This document shows, one piece after another, positions 1 to 12,721 of a stretch of DNA of 64,000 nucleotides. The number at the start of each line of letters is the position of its first letter. Position 1 is the stretch's first letter. A program made the position numbers and the translations under genes. The notes below the pieces were generated by a model that was not told where the DNA came from, made no database searches, and saw only the letters and a list, made by a program, of their open reading frames with translations. This DNA is from Escherichia coli (lineage in GTDB: Bacteria; Pseudomonadota; Gammaproteobacteria; Enterobacterales; Enterobacteriaceae): NCBI RefSeq assembly GCF_016903815.1, contig NZ_CP069973.1. One strand, given 5' to 3'.

Positions 1-284
1 CAGATCATATCCATATGCTTGTGGAGATCCCGCCCAAAATGAGCGTATCCGGGTTTATGGGATATCTGAAAGGGAAAAGCAGTCTGATGCTTTACGAGCA
101 GTTTGGTGATTTGAAATTCAAATACAGGAACAGGGAGTTCTGGTGCAGAGGGTACTACGTCGATACAGTGGGTAAGAACACGGCGAAGATACAGGATTAC
201 ATAAAGCACCAGCTTGAAGAGGATAAAATGGGAGAGCAGTTATCGATTCCCTATCCGGGCAGCCCGTTTACGGGCCGTAAGTAA
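1..284 (+). CDS. tnpA: IS200/IS605-family (Y1/HUH) transposase TnpA, C-terminal fragment; gene runs off the window start
   Basis: ORF 15..284 translation (…YLKGKSSLMLYEQFGDLKFKYRNREFWCRGYYVDTVGKNTAKIQDYIKHQLEED…) matches the conserved C-terminal half of IS200 TnpA as recalled; stop codon at 282..284. Confidence 0.8.
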   Translation, partial: DHIHMLVEIPPKMSVSGFMGYLKGKSSLMLYEQFGDLKFKYRNREFWCRGYYVDTVGKNTAKIQDYIKHQLEEDKMGEQLSIPYPGSPFTGRK

Positions 285-400
285 CGAAGTTGGATGCAAA
301 TGTCAGATCGTGTGCGCCTGTTAGGGCGCGGCTGGTAAGAGAGCCTTATAGGCGCATTTGAAAAACCTCCGGCTATGCCGGAGGATATTTATTTCTTACT
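1..400 (+). mobile_element. IS200-like insertion sequence, right-hand part; right boundary approximate
   Basis: tnpA fragment followed by hairpins at 314..329 (gcgcc-tgttag-ggcgc) and 366..384 (cctccggc-tat-gccggagg) then a T-rich tract; IS200-family ends carry subterminal hairpins. Exact terminus not determinable without a reference copy. Confidence 0.5.
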
Positions 401-553
401 AAAAACGACACTTAACAAGTACCAGGTATAAAATATGCCTTATGGCCGAGCGGAAGTGTTTTCCGTATCCATAAATACAAAAGTATTTTGTATGCGTGGT
501 TTTAAATTTATTGATGGTGAATATTAATATTTTTTCTAGGGACAACTAAAAGA

Positions 554-943
554 ATGGAATCATACTCGCAAAACAGCAATAAATTAGATTTTCAGCACGA
601 GGCCAGGATATTAAACGGTATATGGCTCATTACCGCTTTGGGTATGGTGGCAACCGCAGGGCTGGTCCTGGTGATCATCATGAATGCCGCATTAATGAGT
701 GAACGACCCGTTTGGGTAATAAGTTGCTTAATGATAGTGTTATGGTCAGGCATTATCTCGCATGGACGAAATAAGCTCCTTGAACTGGCAGGAAAATGCC
801 ATAGCGAAGAGTTGTGGAGTCCGGTTCGTTGCGCTTTTACAGGTGCATTAACACTCTATTACTATTTTATCGGCTTCTTTGGGATACTTGCCGCTATAGC
901 TATAACGCTTGTCTGGCAAAGGCATACGCGTTTTTTTCATTAG
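554..943 (+). CDS. hypothetical small membrane protein (129 aa, about 3 predicted TM helices); AT-rich, probably accessory
   Basis: Intact ORF with hydrophobic stretches (LITALGMVATAGLVLVIIM, VISCLMIVLWSGII, LTLYYYFIGFFGILAAIAITLVW); AT-rich upstream region 421..553; no recognised homolog. Confidence 0.45.
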   Translation: MESYSQNSNKLDFQHEARILNGIWLITALGMVATAGLVLVIIMNAALMSERPVWVISCLMIVLWSGIISHGRNKLLELAGKCHSEELWSPVRCAFTGALTLYYYFIGFFGILAAIAITLVWQRHTRFFH

Positions 944-978
944 TCGTAAATGCACATACTAAAGAACTTAACTAAACT

Positions 979-1935
979 TCACATCGCCGCTTCATTTTTC
1001 GCTCGTAGCTTCTTCGCCTGGCTTTCCAGTAGCAGGTAACAGATCAGCGCCAGCAGCAGCGGGATAAAGTAATACAGGACGCGATAAGCGAGCAGGGCGG
1101 CGATAATGCTCCCTTTCGAGGTATGCTCCCCAGCCAGTAGCGCGATAAATACCGCTTCCAGCACACCAATCCCCGCCGGAATATGCACGATGACGCCAGC
1201 AATACTACTAACCAGTAACACGCCCAGTACAAAGAAATAGTTCACGCTTTGACCAAGTAACAGCCAGATAATCGCCCCCATTACCATCCAGTTAACGCTG
1301 GAAATCAGCATCTGGGCGAGGGCAAATTTCCATGAAGGCAGCACCAGCTTTTGTCCTTTGATGGTCATATGGCGGTGCTTCGCGAAAGCGCAAAACCACA
1401 AATAAACCGCGATAATCATCAATAAGCCAATGCCGAGAATACGCAGCGTGGTTTGATCGACATACCAGTGATCCGGCAACTCCACCACGCCTGCGGTAAA
1501 GATAATCCCTGCCAGTAAAATATAGCCCAGCCAGTTGGTGGTAATACTGAGCGAGAAAATCCGCGTAATAGTGCTGCCCGGTAACCCTAGCCGGGAGTAC
1601 AAACGATAGCGCATACCAATGCCGCCGACCCAGGTACTGAGCGTCAGGTTGAAGGCGTAGCAGATAAACGACACCAGCATCACCTGGCGCTTCGCCAGTT
1701 TGTGACCGCAGTAAAAGCGGGCGAGCAGATCATAGCAGCCGTAAATCAGATAACTGACGACCACCAGCCCGACCGCACTGAGCAACGCAACGCGATTGTA
1801 GTCGCGGATGACCTTCCAGACCTCTTCCCAGTCCACCTTTTTGGCGTAGACCACCAGCAACACTATCACCGCGATAAAAAACAGCCAGGTGAGGATCTTC
1901 TTTGCTAAGCGCCAGCGTGGGTGTGATTTACTCAT
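979..1935 (-). CDS. ybhN: inner membrane protein YbhN (UPF0104 family)
   Basis: 318-aa polytopic membrane ORF directly upstream of and overlapping clsB, as in K-12. Confidence 0.85.
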   Translation of the reverse strand: MSKSHPRWRLAKKILTWLFFIAVIVLLVVYAKKVDWEEVWKVIRDYNRVALLSAVGLVVVSYLIYGCYDLLARFYCGHKLAKRQVMLVSFICYAFNLTLSTWVGGIGMRYRLYSRLGLPGSTITRIFSLSITTNWLGYILLAGIIFTAGVVELPDHWYVDQTTLRILGIGLLMIIAVYLWFCAFAKHRHMTIKGQKLVLPSWKFALAQMLISSVNWMVMGAIIWLLLGQSVNYFFVLGVLLVSSIAGVIVHIPAGIGVLEAVFIALLAGEHTSKGSIIAALLAYRVLYYFIPLLLALICYLLLESQAKKLRAKNEAAM

Positions 1936-3176
1936 CAGGGTTTTACCCCCGTGTTTTCAGTTTCTACCCGATCCTGCGTTTCCATTGTCGGCTGAGCGGG
2001 CGGGTCAACCTGCGCCAGACGTGGTGTGTGTGCCGGAAGCCAGCCGACCAGCGCCGGGAAGTGGCGTAAAAAGTGGAAGGCCAGCACGCTTTTGGTCAGA
2101 TTCCACCAGGTGCGTTTCGGCAGCATGGTTTCATCCACCTGCTGGCAGTCTGCGGCGATAATGCCGTTCAGATTATCGCGCAGCGTCTGGTTAAAATGAC
2201 GATCGTGGATGATGACATTTGCTTCGAGATTCAGTGACAAACTGAGCGGATCGAGATTACTGGACCCTACCGTCGCCCAGTGATCGTCCATCAACGCCAC
2301 TTTGCCGTGGAGCGGGCGGCGGCGATACTCAAAAACCTGAACGCCGCCTTTAACCAGATAGTTATACAGCAAGCGCGCGCCGACTCTGACAATCGGCATA
2401 TCCGGTTCGCCCTGAATGATCAGTTTGATCCGCACCCCGCGCCGTGCCGCTTTACGCAAGGCGTGTAAAAATCGATAGCCGGGGAAGAAGTAGGCGTTGG
2501 CGATAATCACTTCCCGCCGTGCCTGAGTGAGCATTTTCAGATAGTGACGTTCAATATCATCGCGATGTTCTTCGTTATCGCGCCAGACCAGCAATACCTG
2601 CGCTTCTCCCGGCTGGCGGTTCTCTTCCGCTTTGTGATGACGTCGCCACCAGCGTCGTGCCGCGCTCTGTCCTGGCAGGTTTTCCAGTTCAAATTGCAGA
2701 ATATCTTCGACAATCGGCCCTTCAAGGCGCACCGCGTAATCCTGTTTAGCCTCTGGACCGTAGCTGGACATATGCTCGGCGGAGTAATTCAGCCCGCCAA
2801 TAAAGGCGATATGCGCGTCGATCACCACAATTTTGCGATGCATCCGGCGAAACACATTGGTGCGCATACCAAAAAGGCGAGGGCGGGGATCGTAGTAGCG
2901 GAACACCACGCCAGCGGCCGTCAGTTCATTGACAAACTCATCGCTGAGATCCGGCGAACCGTAGCCATCAAGTAAGACTTCCGCTTTTACCCCGCGTTGC
3001 GCTGCTGCCAGTAGTGCCGCATGCAGTTGTTTGCCGACGTCATCCTCAAACCAGATAAACGTTTCAAGAATGATGCGTTCTTGTGCCTCGCCAATCGCCT
3101 TAAACACCGCGGGATAATATTGCTCGCCGTTTTCCAGCAACTGGATCTTATTGCCTTCGCGCCAGCTACATTTCAT
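1935..3176 (-). CDS. clsB: cardiolipin synthase B (phospholipase D superfamily)
   Basis: 413 aa with two HKD motifs visible (HRKIVVID…; [20 protein letters not shown]). Confidence 0.9.
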
Positions 3177-3934
3177 AAATGAATCTCCGCACTTAAAGGG
3201 GCATGATCAGAAAGGTGTCGCCATGTCCGCAGCGGCAACGCGGTTGGCGCGCTGGCGCTGGCATTTTTGACGTAGATCCTGTCCAGTCGTAGTAGAGGAA
3301 ATTGCACCGGAAACGTGCGCGCCGGGCGTCCGTGGGCGCGGGTAAAAATCTCATCCAGTCCGGCCTGCACTTTTAACGGATGATTAGCTTTTTGCCGCCA
3401 GTCATTGAAATCACCCGCCACCAATACCGGTTCGCCGTCCGGTAGCTCATTCACCCATTCGGCGAGCATCGCAAGCTGCGCCTGACGGTGCGCCTCACGC
3501 AGGCCCAAATGTACGCACATTACATGAATCGCTTTTCCGGTCATCGGCGGCACAATGCGGCAGTAGAGCACGCCGCGCTTTTCCGCACCATCGACCGAAA
3601 CATCGCGGTTTTCATAATGTTCAATGGGATAGCGCGACAGTACGGCGTTACCGTGATGCCCTTCCGGGTATACGGCATTGCGACCGTAGGCAAAATCGCT
3701 CCACATAGTGTCGGCGAGAAACTCGTAGTGCGAGGTATCGGGCCAGTTTTCCACATGCAGCGGATGAACTTCGTGCGCGCCCATCACTTCCTGCAGGCAA
3801 ACAATATCGGCGCTGACGGTACGCACGGCGTCGCGAAGTTCCGGCAAAATGAAGCGTCGGTTAAACGCGGTAAAGCCTTTGTGAATGTTGATGGTGAGCA
3901 CCTTGAACGAAAATTGTTGTGTTTGATCGGGCAT
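3173..3934 (-). CDS. ybhP: endonuclease/exonuclease/phosphatase family protein YbhP
   Basis: 253 aa, overlaps clsB start by 4 nt; matches K-12 synteny. Confidence 0.85.
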
Positions 3935-4066
3935 AATTTTCCTGTCTTTGCCTCTTATCTCATTGAAATAGTGTAGTCGGCGTCACAAAAAGGTGCGGTC
4001 TTACGGAATTTTCCGTAAAGTTCGGTACTCTGAGTAAGTAGAGATAAATTCTTCAGGAGAGAAGCC

Positions 4067-4477
4067 ATGAAGTGGCAACAACGTGTTCGTGTCGCAACGG
4101 GTCTAAGTTGCTGGCAGATTATGTTGCATTTACTGGTAGTGGCGCTGCTGGTGGTGGGCTGGATGAGTAAGACTCTGGTTCACGTCGGCGTGGGATTATG
4201 CGCACTGTATTGTGTCACGGTAGTGATGATGCTGGTGTTTCAGCGCCACCCCGAGCAACGCTGGCGTGAGGTGGCAGACGTGCTGGAAGAGCTGACTACG
4301 ACCTGGTATTTTGGCGCAGCGCTGATTGTGCTGTGGCTGTTGTCCCGCGTACTGGAAAACAACTTTTTGCTGGCGATTGCAGGGCTGGCAATCCTTGCCG
4401 GCCCGGCGGTGGTGTCTTTGCTGGCGAAAGATAAGAAGTTACATCACCTTACGTCTAAACATCGCGTACGCCGCTGA
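4067..4477 (+). CDS. ybhQ: inner membrane protein YbhQ
   Basis: 136-aa hydrophobic ORF divergent from ybhP; 3' end overlaps ybhR 3' end. Confidence 0.8.
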
Positions 4478-5545
4478 CCCTGTTGTGGCCGTTATCACCA
4501 GTAGCGGCCACAAACTATTCCACACAATATCCAGACTCGCATCCTTCAAATAAATCTGCTTGGTAATGTCCGTAAAGTGGCGAATAGGGTTAATCCACGT
4601 CAGGTTTTGCAGCCATACTGGCATGTTTTCCACCGGAGAAACGTAACCGGAAAGGAGAATGGCGGGCATCATAAAGACAAACACGCCGATAAACGCCTGT
4701 TGTTGTGTTGAACAGAGTGATGAAATCAACAGACCGAATCCCACCAGCGATAAACCGTAAATCACCATCGTAAAGTAGAACAGCGCCAGCGATCCGGCGA
4801 AGGGGATTTGATACGCCCAGATACCAATCGCCAGCACAATGGTGGCCTGGAAGGTGGCGACAATTAATGCCGGTACGGCTTTGCCGATGAATATCTGCCA
4901 GGTGGTGAGCGGCGAAACCAGTAACTGATCGAGCGTACCTTGTTCACGTTCGCGGGCAACAGAAAGTGAAGTGACGATCATCACGCCAATAGTGGTGATC
5001 ATGGCGATCAGCGACGGCACCACAAACCATTTGTAGTCGAGATTCGGGTTATACCAGTTGCGTACCACCAGCTCGCTGTTGTTGGGTTTCGGTTTTCCTT
5101 CCAGCAGCTCCTGCTGATAATTTTTGACGATCTGTTGCAGGTAGTTGGCGGCAATTTGCGCACTGTTGGAGTTACGCCCGTCGAGGATCAACTGCAACGG
5201 CGCGGTCTGGAAGGTATCCAGTTTGCGCGAGAAGTCAGCCGGGAAACGCACAAGTAGTAACGCCTTTTGTGTGTCGATGGTCGGGCGGATCTCCTGCGGG
5301 CTTTTCAGCAGCAGCACATGGGTAAAGGCGCTGGCGCGGGCAAAACGTTGAGTAAGTTCTACCGAGTGCTCGCCGTTATCTTCATCGTAGATGGCGATGG
5401 TGGCGTTGGTCACTTCCAGCGTGGCGGCGAACGGGAACAGGATCACCTGAATCAGCACGGGTAAAATCAGAATTGCGCGGGTTTGCGGTTCGCGCAGCAG
5501 CGACTGCAACTCTTTGCGGATTAACGTCCATAAGCGATGAAACAT
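4439..5545 (-). CDS. ybhR: ABC-2 type exporter permease YbhR
   Basis: 368-aa membrane protein, last gene of the ybhG-ybhF-ybhS-ybhR operon. Confidence 0.9.
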
Positions 5546-5555
5546 GCTCTTCTCC

Positions 5556-6681
5556 CTAATCCAGCCGACGTTTGGTTTTCAGCCACGTCAGGCCGATAAA
5601 CATCACCGCCGAAGCGATCAAAAACAGCACGTTCACCACCAGTACCACCGGAATATTCCCGGCGAGGAACAGGCTTTGCAGGGTGCTGACGAAATAACGT
5701 GCGGGAATAATGTACGTCACCGCGCGGATCACCTCGGGCATACTGTCGATCTGAAAAATAAAGCCGGAAAGCATAATCGACGGCAGAAAAGCCGCGTTCA
5801 GAGCGACCTGAGCGGCATTGAACTGGTTGCGGGTAATCGTGGAAATCAGTAGCCCCATCCCCAGGGTACTGAGTAAAAACAGGCTGGAGATAAAAAACAG
5901 AATCAGCAGTGACCCACGATACGGCACGCCGAGAATAAACACTGACACCAGCATACACAGCAGCATCGCCAGCATCCCGAGAAAGTAATAAGGGATCAGC
6001 TTACACAGCAGCAGTTCCGTGCGGGTAATCTCTGTAGAGAGCAGAGCCTCCATGGTGCCGCGTTCCCATTCTCGCGCTACCACCAGCGAGGTGAGAATCG
6101 CGCCGATGACCGTCATGATGATGGTCACCGCACCGGGGATAATAAAGTGCTGGCTAATCGCCGCCGGGTTAAACCAGTAGCGGGTTTGTACATCAATAAG
6201 CGGTTCAAAAGTCTGCCCGTTGTCCTCCGCTCGCTGCATTTGCCAGATCTGCCAGATCCCTTCGACATACCCCTGCACAAAGTTAGCGGTATTCGGCTCA
6301 CTGCCGTCGGTGATCACCTGAATCGGTGCGGTGGCGTTGGCGCGCTCCATTTGTTCGGCGAAATCCACCGGAATAACCACCAGACCGCGAATTTTCCCCG
6401 CCTGCATTTTGGCGATCAGTTCCTGACGGTTATCGCTGATGGTGGCGTCGATGTAGGGCGAACCGGTCATAGTGTGGGTGAAATCCAGCGCCGCTTCGCT
6501 ACGCTGTTCCAGCAATATCCCGACCCGCAGCTTGCTGGAGTCGAGGTTAATGCCGTAACCAAAAATAAACAGCAGTAGCAGTGGGATCACTACCGCAATC
6601 AGCCAGCTACTCGGATCGCGAACGATCTGCCGTGTCTCTTTGACGCACAGCGCCCGCACGCGACGCCAGGACAGGATCGGA

Positions 6682-6689
<8 letters not shown>
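5556..6689 (-). CDS. ybhS: ABC-2 type exporter permease YbhS
   Basis: ORF 5556..6695; start chosen at MSNPILSW (377 aa) to match K-12 length. Confidence 0.88.
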
Positions 6690-10080
<3,391 letters not shown>

Positions 10081-10308
10081 CGCACAGTCCATTCTTAATC
10101 AAATGATTGATTAAGATTATGACTCCATATGGGAGTTGTCCAGTATGACCAGGAATTTTAGCAACGCCAGTCACAGGGATAATTTATGCGCTGCGTCACA
10201 AAAACTGCTACACTCCGCTCCCTCATGACATTGTGGTTTTTGTCATTTTCCTTTTCAGTATCTCCCTGAAAACTACACCGGTAACGGTCGGGGCGGTTCG
10301 GAGTAGTT

Positions 10309-11673
10309 ATGTCTTTCGATTCTTTGGGTTTAAGCCCTGATATCCTGCGCGCCGTTGCCGAGCAGGGTTACCGTGAACCCACCCCTATTCAGCAGCAGGC
10401 GATCCCTGCGGTGCTGGAAGGCCGCGACCTGATGGCTAGCGCCCAGACTGGCACCGGCAAAACAGCGGGCTTTACGCTGCCGCTGTTGCAACACCTGATC
10501 ACTCGCCAGCCGCACGCCAAAGGGCGTCGTCCGGTACGTGCGCTCATTCTTACCCCGACCCGTGAACTGGCGGCGCAGATTGGCGAAAACGTCCGTGATT
10601 ACAGCAAATACCTGAACATTCGTTCGCTGGTGGTGTTTGGCGGTGTCAGCATTAACCCGCAGATGATGAAGTTGCGCGGCGGCGTTGATGTGCTGGTTGC
10701 AACGCCGGGACGTCTGCTGGACCTGGAACATCAGAATGCGGTGAAGCTGGATCAGGTTGAAATCCTCGTCCTCGATGAAGCTGACCGCATGCTCGACATG
10801 GGCTTTATCCACGATATCCGTCGCGTGTTAACAAAACTACCTGCGAAGCGCCAGAACCTGTTGTTCTCCGCGACCTTCTCTGACGATATTAAAGCTCTGG
10901 CGGAAAAACTGTTGCACAACCCGCTGGAAATCGAAGTGGCACGCCGCAATACCGCGTCTGATCAGGTGACCCAGCATGTTCACTTTGTTGATAAGAAACG
11001 CAAACGCGAATTGTTGTCGCACATGATTGGGAAAGGGAACTGGCAGCAGGTGCTGGTGTTTACCCGTACCAAACATGGCGCTAACCATCTGGCTGAACAG
11101 CTCAATAAAGATGGCATCCGCAGTGCGGCGATCCACGGCAATAAATCGCAAGGTGCGCGTACCCGTGCGTTGGCTGATTTTAAATCGGGCGATATTCGTG
11201 TACTAGTGGCAACTGACATCGCTGCGCGCGGTCTGGATATCGAAGAGTTGCCGCACGTGGTCAACTATGAACTGCCAAACGTACCGGAAGATTATGTTCA
11301 CCGTATCGGGCGTACCGGTCGTGCGGCTGCTACCGGTGAAGCGTTGTCGCTGGTGTGTGTTGATGAACACAAACTGCTGCGTGATATCGAAAAACTGCTG
11401 AAAAAAGAGATCCCGCGCATTGCGATTCCGGGCTATGAGCCGGACCCGTCAATCAAAGCCGAACCAATCCAGAACGGTCGCCAGCAACGTGGCGGCGGCG
11501 GTCGTGGGCAAGGTGGTGGTCGCGGTCAACAGCAACCACGCCGCGCTGAAGGTGGCGCAAAATCTGCGAGCGCGAAGCCTGCAGAAAAACCATCTCGTCG
11601 TCTTGGCGATGCCAAACCGGCAGGCGAACAACAACGCCGCCGCCGTCCGCGTAAACCTGCCGCTGCGCAGTAA
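10309..11673 (+). CDS. rhlE: ATP-dependent DEAD-box RNA helicase RhlE
   Basis: 454 aa with Q-motif, Walker A (AQTGTGKT), DEAD box ([13 protein letters not shown]) and Arg/Gly-rich C-terminal tail. Confidence 0.93.
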   Translation: MSFDSLGLSPDILRAVAEQGYREPTPIQQQAIPAVLEGRDLMASAQTGTGKTAGFTLPLLQHLITRQPHAKGRRPVRALILTPTRELAAQIGENVRDYSKYLNIRSLVVFGGVSINPQMMKLRGGVDVLVATPGRLLDLEHQNAVKLDQVEILVLDEADRMLDMGFIHDIRRVLTKLPAKRQNLLFSATFSDDIKALAEKLLHNPLEIEVARRNTASDQVTQHVHFVDKKRKRELLSHMIGKGNWQQVLVFTRTKHGANHLAEQLNKDGIRSAAIHGNKSQGARTRALADFKSGDIRVLVATDIAARGLDIEELPHVVNYELPNVPEDYVHRIGRTGRAAATGEALSLVCVDEHKLLRDIEKLLKKEIPRIAIPGYEPDPSIKAEPIQNGRQQRGGGGRGQGGGRGQQQPRRAEGGAKSASAKPAEKPSRRLGDAKPAGEQQRRRRPRKPAAAQ

Positions 11674-11679
11674 TCTTTT

Positions 11680-11700
11680 ATGCCGGGCGATGCCCGGCAT
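11680..11700 (+). terminator. GC-rich hairpin just after rhlE stop (weak or no U-tract)
   Basis: atgccgggc-ga-tgcccggcat palindrome immediately 3' of rhlE; no strong T-run follows. Confidence 0.35.
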
Positions 11701-11760
11701 CTTCGCAACAAGTCTCTTTCTACCGCAATTTTATCCTGGGCAATTTACGATCAAGGTGCT

Positions 11761-11779
11761 GCAATTTATTATTAATTGC
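11761..11779 (+). promoter_or_regulatory. inverted repeat GCAATT-N7-AATTGC in the toxin-antitoxin promoter region (candidate autoregulation operator)
   Basis: Palindrome gcaatttattattaattgc read in sequence about 50 bp upstream of the antitoxin start; AT-rich promoter-like context. Confidence 0.35.
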
Positions 11780-11829
11780 TCTATCTTTAATTATAAATTG
11801 CATGCTGTATACAAAGAGGTTAGCGCATT

Positions 11830-12270
11830 ATGGCACCAGAAACGATCGATCACTCAACCTTACATAAACTGGTTGAATCTGGCGTAGTGGATGCAGCACA
11901 CGTTATTGGCACCCAGGGAGGCTGGTCGTTGACCGTGAAATACGGCCACACTGAACGGCCTCTTGCAGCACAACGCAGTCGGCAAATCCGCCTGTTCAAA
12001 CGGCTGGAAACGGTTGTCAACTACCTGAAAGATGTTGGTATTGCCCGGTTTGAAGTCGACGCCTCTAATTACGACCCGGACGGTCAGAAGAAAACGACCC
12101 GACCAGACAGGGCTGAGGCATTAAAACGAGCTCATGAAGCTGCCGCGTATGATGCCTGGTTTCGAGAGCAGGTGCAGGCCGCCATTGACGATCCACGCCC
12201 GGCACTCTCTCATGAAGAGGCCAAAAGTCTATTTGCTGCCCGTAAAAAAGCCTTGCTGAAGGGGGATTAA
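11830..12270 (+). CDS. putative antitoxin, 146 aa: uncharacterised N-terminal domain fused to a PaaA2/ParD-like C-terminal ParE-neutralising segment
   Basis: C-terminal AYDAWFREQVQAAIDDPRPALSHEEAKSLFAARKKALLK resembles PaaA2-type antitoxins (…DPRPAIPHDEV… as recalled); stop overlaps the toxin start (taATG); SD-like aagagg upstream. Confidence 0.6.
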   Translation: MAPETIDHSTLHKLVESGVVDAAHVIGTQGGWSLTVKYGHTERPLAAQRSRQIRLFKRLETVVNYLKDVGIARFEVDASNYDPDGQKKTTRPDRAEALKRAHEAAAYDAWFREQVQAAIDDPRPALSHEEAKSLFAARKKALLKGD

Positions 12271-12551
12271 TGCGTCTGGAATGGAAGCCAATGTCCCTGT
12301 CTGACAGGGAGCAAATCATGGAATACATCAGTAAAGATAATCCGCTAGCGGCAATAGCCCTTGATAATCAATTTGAAGCCATTGCGGAACAGGCCTGTGA
12401 ACGCCCGGAGATGTACCGGGCCGGACGAGTCGCTGGTACACATGAAGCCGTTGTCAGGCCGCATTATGTGCTTGTCTATCAAGTGGAGGGCGATACGCTC
12501 TCGGTACTGCGTGTTTTACATACCGCTCTGCAATGGCCGCCAGCGGAATAA
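12270..12551 (+). CDS. parE: ParE/RelE-superfamily toxin (type II toxin-antitoxin system)
   Basis: 93 aa; …YVLVYQVEGDTLSVLRVLHTA… is the typical ParE C-terminal signature; translationally coupled to the upstream antitoxin. Confidence 0.75.
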   Translation: MRLEWKPMSLSDREQIMEYISKDNPLAAIALDNQFEAIAEQACERPEMYRAGRVAGTHEAVVRPHYVLVYQVEGDTLSVLRVLHTALQWPPAE

Positions 12552-12687
12552 GCTGATGTACAATGTCTTTTGCTGCACAATGATGTTTCTTCTGCCGCGA
12601 GAAAACTTCACATCCGGAAAACGTTATTGCGAGCCGCTTTCCAGAAACAGAAAAACCATTACCCCTGAAAACCGAAAAATGCCACAA

Positions 12688-12707
12688 TATTGGCTGTTTA
12701 TACAGTA
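12688..12707 (+). promoter_or_regulatory. LexA (SOS) box of the dinG promoter
   Basis: tattggctgtttatacagta (CTGT…ACAG type) 15 bp upstream of the dinG ATG; dinG is a known LexA-regulated gene. Confidence 0.6.
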
Positions 12708-12721
12708 TTTCAGGTTTTCTC

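Noticed and set aside
11830-12551. Possibility that ybiA is present but mis-called
   Set aside because: No ORF on either strand in 11674..12721 resembles the YbiA (DUF1768) sequence as recalled; the region is fully occupied by the toxin-antitoxin pair
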